A stretch of DNA of 59,516 bases, counting the filler, from Sphacelaria rigidula (taxonomy: Eukaryota), in assembly GCA_964200075.2 (NCBI GenBank). It is 7 parts of 7 records of this genome, joined end to end, with 100 filler letters (N's around TTAATTAATTAA, not from the genome) between each part and the next. Parts side by side here need not be neighbours in the genome. Positions count along the whole stretch, not along the records: positions 1 to 8,417 come from CAXNAA020011211.1; positions 8,518 to 16,934 come from CAXNAA020011212.1; 5 more parts are not named here. The stretch is one strand, 5' to 3'. The position numbers and the translations under genes were made by a program. Shown here piece after piece: positions 1 through 11,182 of the stretch (the stretch's first letter is position 1; each line of letters opens with the position of its first letter). The notes beneath the pieces were generated by a model. That model had not been told where the DNA came from, did no database searches, and saw only the letters and a list, made by a program, of their open reading frames with translations.

Positions 1-286
1 ATCAGGCGCTGTATGGCCATTTTTTTCGTGACACTTTTAGCTGGTTTTGGGGGGGGGCTATCGTAGAATTTGTCATGTCCACATACATGCTCTTGAACAA
101 AAAGGCGTTTAGGGCTGTGATGAAACGACTGTCCTGAAACCCAGATGTGGCATCGTTAATCTGACTCCATGTGAGGAGCGTCTGTATTGTAAAAGTCAAA
201 CTTGTACCTTCGTCTTGCATAACTGCATCTAGAATGCGCACAGCGTGAACCGGGTTCGAAAATACAAAAAACGTGAATACGGTAAT

Positions 287-572
287 CAACATTTTGGTGA
301 TATTGAGAGTAGAGCGCTGATTGAGAGTGGCTTTGAACATTCGCTTGAACTTAGCTATTTTTGCATTGCGTGTGTGCTTTTCTTCGCCTCCATCAGTACC
401 CGTCGATATCCTACTCAGGGATAACAAGGGCCTCCGTGGCAAGCTACTACAGAAAGCATTTATCGGGCCTCATCATGGACGGGCATTTTGGATCTGAAGC
501 GATTCATTCACCAAGTGACTGATTTTCACTCTCATCAATCGCATCCTCTACTCTCAATTTCACGAAAACCTT
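287..572. mobile_element. MITE of about 290 bp with TIRs (..GTGATATTGAGAGTAGAG..)
   Basis: Terminal inverted repeats. Full second copy at 47514-47812; terminal fragment at 59448-59516; related internal pieces at about 18880-18980 and 36470-36600 (reverse). Confidence 0.75.
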
Positions 573-2473
573 ATTGGTATAGTCGACGTTTGACTATGTA
601 CACGACGCAGCACAGCGTGCGATCACTTTTTTCCCGGACCCGACTTCATTCTGTTCCACGTTCATGACTCTTACATTAAGTATCATCATCACTCGGAGCC
701 CGTGAATCTCCTTTTCTCTGGGGGTGGGCCGAGGTGAACAATTTTCTGTTTGGTGAATGATCGGCGCCGGCTTGCAGCATAGCACCATTTGGGGGGGGAA
801 TTGTCACTGTTCCGCGGCGGTGTAGCGTGTTGTTGACCTTTGCTGCTGTGGATACGCACTCAGTTTTTTGTACGTGTTGCTTGGGTTGTGGTCCGTCAGT
901 CACGGCGATCAAGCGCTGGTCTGGAAGGAACAAGTGTGCAACGGCAGCGATCGGAGGCAGACACTTGGTTGTACAGTCTGCGCCGTTCGCTTCAAGCGTT
1001 TTTACTCCGATACGGAATCCGGTCGGTGTCCATCTCCGTTTCCGAGCCGCAAATTCCAGCTCCGGCAACGGTCTGACGTTGTCTCCGCATGATGCCGTTC
1101 GGGCTGGTGTGTCGGCAAGATGTTCACCCATGTTCGTTGGATCTTTGTGAGCTCCGGCACACAAGCGACCTGTATGCATCGTCGGATCTTCCGGGTCTTC
1201 GGACCGACCAACAGGGGAGCTACACTCTTCTGGTCGTTGGGTTTCGACCTTTTTTGGTGGGGTATAAGTTTACCGAAAATGGCTATGGTCGTGACTGCTC
1301 GGCGTAACGTGTGCTGAGACGGCGGTACGGTCACCACTTCACAAAAAAAGGGTCACTACTTCACAGAAGAGGGTCAACAGGAAAGCAAAAAGGGGTAGAT
1401 ATAACTTTTTAGCGGAGGGCAGGGTGTACCCTCCTGGTTTACTCACACAAAAGTGTACTCTCACAGGCTCTCATTTTCGGCGCCGTAGTTCAGCCCAGTA
1501 ACACTTGTTGTGAAAATGAAAACAATGAACAGTTATGCTGCCCAGGCACCCTGGACGTGGGGCTGAGGTGCTGGAACGTGTTTTCGAGGTGTTCAGCCAG
1601 CGTGCAGCGCCGCGCCCCAAAGCGAAAAAAGCGTTACCATTTTTTGTTCCAAAAGCACCAGGGTGTACCCTTTTTTGTATATTGCCCATTAATCAATCAT
1701 CAATGGCAGTCGAAAAAACGGATCTGTACGCAGATTAGGGGACCTCAGATCCGGAAACGCATTGTATGGACCCCAATTTGAACCAAATCGGGGAAGCTCC
1801 GATTCGTTTGTCACGATTTCAGAACGGTTTTACACGAATCTGAGCCCAGATCCGTGGAAAATCGAGGTCCCTCGAATCTGTAGCAACTGGAGTACGTATG
1901 TTGACGTACAATGATAGAGCAAGAGGCGTTTGGTATTTTTGAAACAACAGCAGCAGACGGTCTCGTGACAGCACATACAGTGCCTGCAAGCGCCGGCTGC
2001 TGGAGCAGCTCCGCACGGGGTTTGGCAAGCGGATAAGAAGTGTTGATGCCGTACCTGCGGTGATGGCAATTTTTTATGCTGCACTGTACTGATGTATGTA
2101 TGATCATCACGAATGGTACTGTACAATCCAGCACTCTGCTGTCGCGGTACTTGCAGGGTGATGAATGGCACTGCACTCATGAACCCTTGCCGCAAACTGT
2201 ACACTGTTCTCGCAATGCCGACTGTACCATCATGTGTTACCACAGGACATTATCGTGTACTGTGATTGTGGAGTGTACTGCACTGCATCATACCCTAGAG
2301 TATCATGGTACGACGCTGCTCTTGAAGGATGATTCCCTGCCTCCTTGTTCTTCGGCTTCACTGCGATACCACACCCGCCCAGAAAATGACCGTTCGTGTA
2401 CAGAACGATTTCAAAAATCTGTGAATCCATACAGGGGTACACACAAAAATTAATCGTAGAGATTGTCGACAAA

Positions 2474-2623
2474 CACCGCAGAAGGAAGGTAGGGTACTAG
2501 AAACAAATAGAAGAGAAAAAACTCCTGTGTTGGCCTTCCTCCTGTGTGACCGCGGCTGGTGCGCCCACATATACCGGAAGGTGCGGACTGGCGTCCAGAA
2601 TATATGGCATGACAACACACACA
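2474..2623 (+). mobile_element. 5'-truncated copy of the same SINE
   Basis: CACCGCAGAAGGAAGG..GGCTGGTGCGCCCACATATACCG..CGTCCAGAAT..GACAACACAC. Further partial copies at 3797-3886 (+) and 50805-50876 (-, next to (TG)n). Confidence 0.75.
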
Positions 2624-2803
2624 GAGGGGAAGGGCCCCTGGGGAACTCTTCTCGCGATTATAAGGGAAGGCATGTACCGCAGAAGGAACGCAGACTTCGC
2701 AAAACAAAATTATAGCTCTGGCCTTGCTCCTGTCTTGCCAGTACGTGCCTCTCTGTCTTCAAAATACAAGATGACGAAAATAAGAACAATACCCAGTAGT
2801 AGT

Positions 2804-3694
2804 GGTCGGTCGCCCCAGTGGCTTAATTCGTACCCTCGAATCCTTCTGACGGTTGGGTCGTTGGTTCGAATTTCGATGAAGTCACACGAACTGGAATTTC
2901 TCTCACACCATACCCAACAGTGAAGAGCGACTGTGTCGTGGGTATCCGAAGTTCGACTGCATGGTCGACGAGGGAAAGGGACTGCTGAATCCCTCTCGCG
3001 AAAAAAAAAATAAGGCAAGCACCAGGGGGCAGCACGAAAAAAAAATCCGGACACTTCCCCCCCGGCCCCCCCCCCGGGGGATATATTTTCGAAAATTGTC
3101 ATGATTTGCTTCGTCAACTTTGTTTGTCGCATCGCAAGAAATTGATCAATAAACACTAAAAAACAATTTCTATTACTTTTGTCACAAGAAATTGATGAAT
3201 GAATACAGACCAAAACCGAAAACTCTGGTGGGCTCTGCGGGGTTTGTATATATATTTGCTTCTGCTCGTTTATATATATATATTAATATACATATGTACC
3301 AGATACTTCTTGAAAGAATAATGTACGGGAGCATACGTACTGTGTATGATATTTACTTCGTATAATATAGTACTGTATATAAATTATAATAACACGGCTG
3401 GGGGTTCCCTCCCCCCCTAAAAAAACTCAAATTTTCGATTTCGGGACCTACGTGTCCCGGATTCTGTTTTTCGCTGCCCCTTGCAAGTACCGCAGAAGGA
3501 AGGTGGAGTACTAGAACAAAAAAATAATAATGAAACTCCCGCGTTGGCCTTCGCCTTGCGTGACCCTCGCTGATGCCCCCACATCCATGTATATATATAC
3601 ATATATATATATGTATATACATATACCGAAAGGACGTGTTGACTGCTGGAGTCCAGAATAATAGATGGGATGACAACACAAAAACACACACGCG

Positions 3695-3750
<56 letters not shown>
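2804..3750 (+). mobile_element. tRNA-derived SINE-like element with (CA)n tail, interrupted by a TIR insertion
   Basis: A-box-like TCGCCCCAGTGG (about 2810) and B-box GGTTCGAAT (2863); body runs to 3022, resumes at about 3491 and ends ..CCAGAATAATAGATGGGATGACAAC + (CA)n. The copy near 49270 shows the junction AAGGCAAGCACCGCAAAAGG uninterrupted. Confidence 0.7.
3023..3483. mobile_element. Non-autonomous TIR DNA element nested in the SINE
   Basis: Termini CAGGGGGCAGC.. and ..GCTGCCCCTTG with further imperfect inverted similarity (AATCCGGACAC / GTGTCCCGGATT); flanked by CAAGCAC / CAAGTAC, a 7-bp TSD with one mismatch. Confidence 0.7.
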
Positions 3751-3752
<2 letters not shown>

Positions 3753-3931
3753 GCACTGCTTGCTGACTGACAGCTACCGTACGCATCGATGCCCATCGCA
3801 AAAGGAAGGTGGAGTACTGAAAACAAAATGAAAAACTCCGGGGTTGGCGTTCCTCCTGTGTGGCCCGGGCTGGCGCGCCCACACATGCCCCTACTCTAAG
3901 ATAAACTGGCGCCCACTAACAACACAAAAGT

Positions 3932-4331
3932 GGATTCCCGCAAATGGGGTTGAAAAAATAAATAAGGTTCCACTTAAAAGCCGTGCTTTCCCTAACCAAA
4001 ATTCATGACAAATGACTTTCATATGGACGACTTCATCCCTCCCGACCTCCCTAAAACTATTTTGGGGGATTTCTAGCCTTCCCTTCCACCAGAGGGTATG
4101 CCCGAAAGCACACCATCGTCTCGATTTCGGGTTTGAAAAAGTACCCTTCTTGGCCCAAAAATTATACTTTCGCACATACCCTTTGGTTGAACGGAAGGCT
4201 AGAAATCCCCCAAAATAGTTTTAGGGAGGTCGGGACGGATGAGATTGTCCATGTGAACATCAACTTAGGTCAGGGAGCGCACGGCTTTTGAGTTGAACCT
4301 CATTTTTTTTCTACCCCATCTGCGAGAATCC
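3932..4331. mobile_element. Foldback MITE, about 400 bp
   Basis: Long inverted arms (CCCGACCTCCCTAAAACTATTTTGGGGGATTTCTAGCCTTCC / GGAAGGCTAGAAATCCCCCAAAATAGTTTTAGGGAGGTCGGG). Related copies at 4627-4965, 5543-5645 and 16834-16934. Confidence 0.8.
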
Positions 4332-6639
4332 CCTGTTCACTGTCAGTGCGAACAGGGGATGGTGGATGAAACTGAGCCATGTTTCTGTTGGCAGGTTCAA
4401 CTCCTACAAGCAGCGCTGCGGAAAATTCCATTTCAGCAAATAGATGTCAGCATAGATATACAACACACTGCTCCCCACCATCCCGGCTTATCTGCATCAC
4501 GTGCATACAGCGCACACTTCTGTACCCATAAGGAAGTAGGAGAGAAACCAGATCTGCATATATTCACAGAAAGATTCATATAAAAAACCGTGGTCCTCGG
4601 CGATGTGTGCGATACGAGTAATAAATACGACCTCCCCCAGAATCTCCCTGAAACGATTTGTGGAGTTTCGAGGCTTCCGTTCCCCCACAGGGCATGGCCA
4701 TGTGCAACAAACCATTATCGGGCTAAAAAGCGCCCCCCTTTTCACCCCCAAATCGAGGCCAAAATGTGTTTTCGCACATACCCTCTGCGGAAACGGAAGG
4801 CTACAAACCCCCCAAATAGATTCGGGGAGATCGGAGTGGATGAGGTCGTCCATATATGAAAGTAATGTGTCACTACTTTAGGTCAGCAAAGCACTGGTTG
4901 AAGTTTAACTTCATTTTAATGTTCAACCTGGTTCAACCCCATTTCGCAGGATCCTCCGTTAAGAGTGGTATATGGTCGGTGAGGTATCGTCGAACAACCC
5001 GGACACTTTTTTTCGAGGGCTGACCCCCCCCCCCCCCCCCCCCTCCCTCTGTTCCCTAGCGGTCACGCTTACTCCCTTCTTTCGTAGTGGCTACGTAAGT
5101 GCAGAGTCAGTATGTGCGCTGTGTGTCTTTGCTGGATATAACGGAGATATATATTCGGCGTGCCGTCGCTCTCACTGAACACAGCCAACTGCATGCTGCT
5201 GTGCCTCTGCTTATTAGAAGAAAACTCCGGATGTCCGTGGACTGTCAGCCTGTGAAACTGTTCCGAGGCGATGCTCAATGTCTAAGGGGTTTTGTGACAC
5301 CCCTTCCTTGGTATTCAGACGCTACATATACACCTCCACAACGCTGACACATCCCGGGGTTGAACGTTTTTCTCCGAGTTTTTTTTAAGCTTCCCTCAAA
5401 ATCTGCAGTGCTGCTGGGAGATTTTCCGGGAAGAGGATTGCTGGAGGTATCTCAAACTCGGGGTTCCCGGCATATTTGACGGCAAATTACTGTGAAACAT
5501 ACCGCGAACCTCGAGTTTGAGATACCCCCCTGCTGATTATACACATGAAAGTCAACGTCATTAGTTTAGGTCGGGAAGGCATTGCTCTGAAGTTGACCCT
5601 GATTTGAATGTTCAACGCCATTTCTCAGGATCCTTCGTCAAGAGTGGTCTCTGGGCGGTGACGTGTGGTCGAACAGCCCACACATGTCCCGGGGGATAAC
5701 ACCCCTCCCCGTTTAGCATCCCTAACGGTCATGCTTACTTTCTTCTTTCGTAGTGCTTACAGTTATCTGCTTAGATATCCCCTTGGACGTTTTCTCCCCA
5801 GTTCCCTCCGTCTGTGTTCATTTCCCATTTGCTTTGATTCAATTATATTGGGGGAGAGATGGGTTGATCCCTCGCGACCACGGATTCATCCCGAGAAAGG
5901 GGGGGAGTTCAAAGTGCGACGAAAAAAAAATTGAGGGCGGCGAACTGTAACCTTTCTCAGGGTACGTCCCGCGGTCATCAAAACAAGTCGGCAACGTACT
6001 TTTTTTCTACTTTTCTGAGGGGTTTTAGGGGTGAGCCTGAAACACATTCGAAAAAAAGGTAAAATCCCGGGATGTGTCAGCTGCGTGAAGGTGTATGTGG
6101 CGTCTGAATAGGGAGGGCGTGATTTCAACGCACGATTTCTCCGTGTCAAGGGTGTAGTTTCAATCTAGCGTATCCAAAGAAAGGAAGAAACATAGTCTGT
6201 GGTCGATAAAATGTCGTCGGACAGCCCGGACACTTTTCGGAGTTTAGCACCCCTCCGACTAGCACCTCATCTTGGGGTTGAAAGTCCTTATCTGCTAATA
6301 CTAATGAATTGGTTGAGGTCAGGGTCGCTTTTTGCTCTTGGCCATTTTAGTTCAAAGCCTCCACGTGTATGAGACCCGTCGTGTTGATACCTGCGGCACT
6401 GTTGCCACGCGCGTTAGCCGTGGCTTACCACTAGTTATCCTATGTATTATTAGCCAAAATGATGCGCCGCTTGATACTGGAATCAAGTAAGCGTGTGATC
6501 CTTCTCGGAACACTAATTTACATCAAAACAAAGCTTCCATTACTACAACAAAGTAAACGGCTAGGCAAGACTCGACAAAACAGAAGAGTCAACGGTTCGG
6601 CAAAAATCACAAAAAAGGCGTCGTCCCATTTTAAAAAAG

Positions 6640-6899
6640 AATGGCCTCTCCTGCCAGTAGAGGTTTTTTCACGTCCTCTGCCCGCCGTCCCATTTTCGGA
6701 AGAAGGGTGCAGAGGTTTGGAAACATAATGGCCTCCCCTGCCAGTAGAGTTTTTTCCACGTCCTCTGCCCGCCGTCCCATTTTCAAAAAAAGGGGCAGAG
6801 GTTTGGAAACATAATGGCCTCCCCTGCCAGTAGAGGTTTTTTCACGTCCTCTGCCCGCCGTCCCATTTTCAAAATAAGGGGGTAGAGGTTTGGAAACAT
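6640..6899 (+). repeat. Tandem repeat, 3 x 86-87 bp
   Basis: Unit AATGGCCTCYCCTGCCAGTAGAG..AGAGGTTTGGAAACAT starts at 6640, 6727 and 6813; no unique spacers. Confidence 0.92.
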
Positions 6900-8417
6900 T
6901 TTTCGACCCTTGACGGCAAACTGCCCGGTTTTTCCGCGTTTGTTTTGTTCTAGTTTTGCAAGTTTTCCCTCACATGTCGAAGAGTTTTGTCGTACGGTAC
7001 ACTATAGGGGAAGTCGCTCTGCAATTGCACTATCTTGAACCCAGGTTTTCCTATTAAGACCCATGTATCAGCACAGCGCGTTGAGGGTGCCTCCAGTTCG
7101 GAATACATCGAACAGACGTCACAGTATTACAGCGTAAATCATCGGTTGAGTATACCTCTACAGTCGCTCTGGTAACCGAACAGCTGCTTGCTCAAACGTA
7201 CGAGTAATGCAAACGGAATTGTCAACTTTGCTCAACAGGCATCACGGGAATGCACGACTGAACCGAGAACGTGGACGAATGCTGTTTGTTGACCTTGTTC
7301 CACATACCAGAATATATAGCACCACATTTTCATCGACATCAATAGCCCATGCATGCCTGACATTCATCCGTCTGTGTGGTTCATCTGTGTGAGGAGTTCG
7401 TCTCGCTGTTTCGCTGTGCGTGTGCTGCTCGCGCGATATGATCCGCGCGATACGCCCAAGTACATGACATCCCGGCACAAAGCACAACCCATGCGTACAA
7501 AATCATCCAGTTATGTGTAGTATTGAATAAAGACAAGAGCGGAGCAACACATGAACGGTCAGCAACGACACGTTTTCTACTCATGGTCAAAGAGCGTTTT
7601 GATAGTAATTTCCGGATCAATATCCCATCCATGTCTGAGATACGTCTGCGTACCGTATCGTATGCTGCGGGCGCGATATGATGCGCCGTCTTTTGTGTAG
7701 GGTGGATCGAAAACTGTATTGGTTGCGAGCGGCAGTACCCCAGTCGGGACACCATTCCGTTTGCAAGCAGATCAAGCCGGACACAGTGCACGACAGCCGC
7801 CGTCAATCCAGTATTTCCTCACCATTTGATCGTACCGCTCAGGATTTAGGCCCACCGATTCCTTTCAGCTTGCACCGCCGTCCCAAGATGAGCGGTTTCC
7901 TTCGGCAAGTATGGCATTGAGTAAGCGCCGAGTGTTCAATGTCAAGACAAAATACTCCCATGTGAAACCACGCGTGCTGCGCTTCTACCCTCGATGTATG
8001 TGCGTGTGTCTGATCAGGTTGCGTTGTAAAGGTGTAAAGTTCTTTAGTTATAATGTGTTTCAGTCACGCCCGTTGAGATTTTCCAGACCTGTCTCCGACT
8101 ACAAGTAGTTGTTCCGATTTTGAGTTCTTCAGTGCAAATTTCCTCCTGAAAACTCTGATCAAGTGCTCTCCTGCCACAAGTCATGTCCTGGAGGGTGTGG
8201 CGGCGAAACTCTCTTCGGCGTACCTGCTGCCTGTTTTGGGAAAGCATATGTTCCCCTCCGAGGTGTCCGGAAATTCCTTTTTCAAAAGGAGATTTCAGAA
8301 AGTGTTTTTGCGCTGCTTGAAATCCCCCCCAAACAGGGGATTTCTGCGCACGTTTGAGGATTTTTCTCTGGAGGGGGGGGGGGGGTATCGCAGCGATCAA
8401 TCAGCCATCGTTTTCAA

Positions 8418-8517
8418 NNNNNNNNNNNNNNNNNNNNNNNNNNNNNNNNNNNNNNNNNNNNTTAATTAATTAANNNNNNNNNNNNNNNNNNNNNNNNNNN
8501 NNNNNNNNNNNNNNNNN
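8418..8517. other. Artificial contig spacer (44 N + TTAATTAATTAA + 44 N)
   Basis: Identical 100-nt block recurs six times; TTAATTAATTAA gives stop codons in all six frames. Confidence 0.98.
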
Positions 8518-11182
8518 CCCTTACAAGATATGGCACGGAAATGATTTCCAAACAAAACTTTTTTCCTTTTTCTGTCCAAATTTTGCCCTTGCCCCCCCCC
8601 CCCCCCCCAATAAAAAAATCCATCCTCAATTTCGAGCGTCCCGTATTCTTCCGTAAACATGGAACCGGGTTTGATTCTTGGTGAGAGTCATTCTTTCCGA
8701 AAAGTCAGGCAACACCCTGAACATACCCGGTCAGCATAACTTCCTGAAAATATACGCCCACCGACTAGGTCCAGTAGGTCATGACAAGCATCCGTCAACA
8801 TGCGCCGTGATTGCCCCGGGGGCACCATTTACCTCTCGAATCATTGAGATGGACGACTTCCACTATTCTCACACGCACGCACACGAGGACCTCCTGCGCA
8901 AGACAGCCACGCAGCTCTGAGTGGAGCTCCACGGCGAGATGAGACCCTGCCGTTGATGCTCGGAGGGGAAAGAGCTCCGGCCCATCCCAAGATCGACACA
9001 CACCAGAGTAGCTAAGTCAGGATCCAGACTTTTCGTAGCTCTTACAGGGCCAAAACGAGTTGGATCCCGGGAGGGGGTGGTGGATTTCCCTCTTCCGTAA
9101 AACGAACAAAAGACGTGCGGAGTTCGATTCTCGACGGTGGGTATCCACTCTTTCTGAAAAGTCGGAAGGGCTGGAAGGATCTTTCCCTTGGTCGGGGAAA
9201 GCCGTTAGAGGCACTGGATCTTGTCAGCTGCAGCACTGGCGAGGGGCAACGCGGAGGATCGCGTCGAGGGACTTTCGAGCTCAAAAACACTCTTTTTGTT
9301 CGTTAGAGGGTTTTTACCACTAGGCCAAGTGATCAGCGCCGACTAGCTGGTCTAGTGGTGAGAACCCGCTATCTAACAAACCGTGTTCAAGAAGTGAACA
9401 GTTTACTCATTGTACCAGTGAGCGCTCACTGGTTCAAAGAGTAAACTGTTCATTTCCTGAACAAAAGATAATAAGTTCTGTGGACCGTTCCGGCATCATA
9501 CATCATCAGTGAGCCCCGGAGCTCCCAACCCCTCGCAAGCCTCACTGTTCACATGTCAAGTTTTCTTTTCACATTCGATCGCGCCAGGACTTGAACCGCA
9601 TATATTTCGTTCAAGAAGCCAACAGTTTCCCGTTGGATCAGTGAGCGCTCCGGAGATCACTGAAATGTCGTGTCGTGCCGATAGGGACGATCGACACAGC
9701 ATATTTTCTGTTCTGGAGACGAACAGTTTACCCATTGAACCAGTGAGCGCCACCTTCCACTCAAGACCGATACCACGCAGGGCTACGTGTATACTTTCGC
9801 GAGAAACCAGGGTGGGGCGTCCTAAGTCACAATTAACGTCCGACAAGGAAACGAGAACGTGGAAAGACAAACCGAAAGAAGTAGCTCTAACCGAGAAGCA
9901 AACCTCAAAACAAACAGGACCCGAAACGAACGAAACCAGAATAAACAATACTGAGACGAAGAAAAGCGAAGAGTAAAACCGATATGAACAAAATCCAAGC
10001 ACAAAAACAAAACAGAAGCTGCTGTTCGCTTTTTTAATTCAGGACAAGACGTCCTACTTGTATGCTCTGATCCGTCAAGAGCTACTCTCTGCTCCTTTCG
10101 CATTATCTTGTCGTCTCCTAGTTTCTAGCCGCCATTGCCACGGGCTTCCTCGGGTTCGGGGCCAACTGTTGCATGGAGCTCTCTACGTGACAGCTCCTCC
10201 CGATCCCCGCCGCTGTGTCCTACTCTCTCCAGAACCCATCGGCGTTGTCAACCACTCGCCCTCAATTTTGAGTGTCGCCTAATTCCTGAAACGACGTGAA
10301 ACTTGAGAGAAACCACTACGCGACAAGGGTGCGTGTCTCATCTCAAGGCGGTGCGAGTAAATCAGCGATGAGCGTAGTTAGTGGTGAGGTAAGAGCTCGA
10401 ACGGAGTTTGGTGGAGGGCAGCGATGCATCTCGCGACAAAGTATGGACAAGTACCAAGACGTCAGATGTAGTTTATAGCTTTCGGAAAGACATAATCTGA
10501 TCACACGCTACACCTGTGAGTCACATCGCTGCTTGTTGTTGTACCCAGATCCCTCCCACATATGTTCGCTTCTGCTTCAAAAGGGATTGTCGTGCTTGTT
10601 ACTCTGCCTGCTCCTGCTACCCCGTTCCTCCCCGAATATATCTATAACCTTTCAAAAAGGATCGTTTTGTTGGTTGATCAATCGCCGCTGTATCCGCGAA
10701 GTGGAGATCCGAAGATGCACTTGGAACACTTCCCCCCTGCGCAAAGCACTCCACACAAATCACAGCTACGCGGCCAACTATGCCCTATCTGAACTCTCGG
10801 TGACTGATCCTAACTTCCTGCTGACTCAAGTGCAGTCTATGGTGTTGGGTGTCCTCACACTACGGCCGTGCATTCCCTGTACCATCGGTGCCATTTGTGC
10901 TTCGGTTTTGTACAACACCATGTTCGGTTCTCGGATTGGTCACTATATTATGGATTGAGTGCTTCGAGTGTACATAGACCCACACATTACGAGGTATAGG
11001 ATCAAGCCGTATCGGCCGTGCTTGCCCTCAAGTGATATCATCAACACGAAAAAATACCAGTACTTATCAGTTTGAACTCGATGCACGTATCACCAAGCAT
11101 GGGATTTACAGCAGTAGGGAAAAGTCAAGATGGCGTTCTATGGTGGGGGATATTTGGATCCATGAAATAGAAATAGATTGCG

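Noticed and set aside
2-1337. ORFs of 107-167 aa at the start of contig 1
   Set aside because: No recognisable motifs; 2-442 runs through a MITE; overlapping ORFs on both strands suggest chance.
2804-2885. tRNA gene
   Set aside because: A/B-box-like motifs are present, but I cannot fold a cloverleaf and the sequence continues into a repeat body. The same applies to about 32195-32262 and 46125-46195.
6640-6899. CRISPR-like array
   Set aside because: Whole 86-87 bp units repeat with no unique spacers, there are no cas genes, and the context is eukaryotic.
8462-8473. TTAATTAATTAA palindrome recurring about every 8.5 kb as a biological motif
   Set aside because: It always lies inside N runs; it is a six-frame-stop assembly linker.
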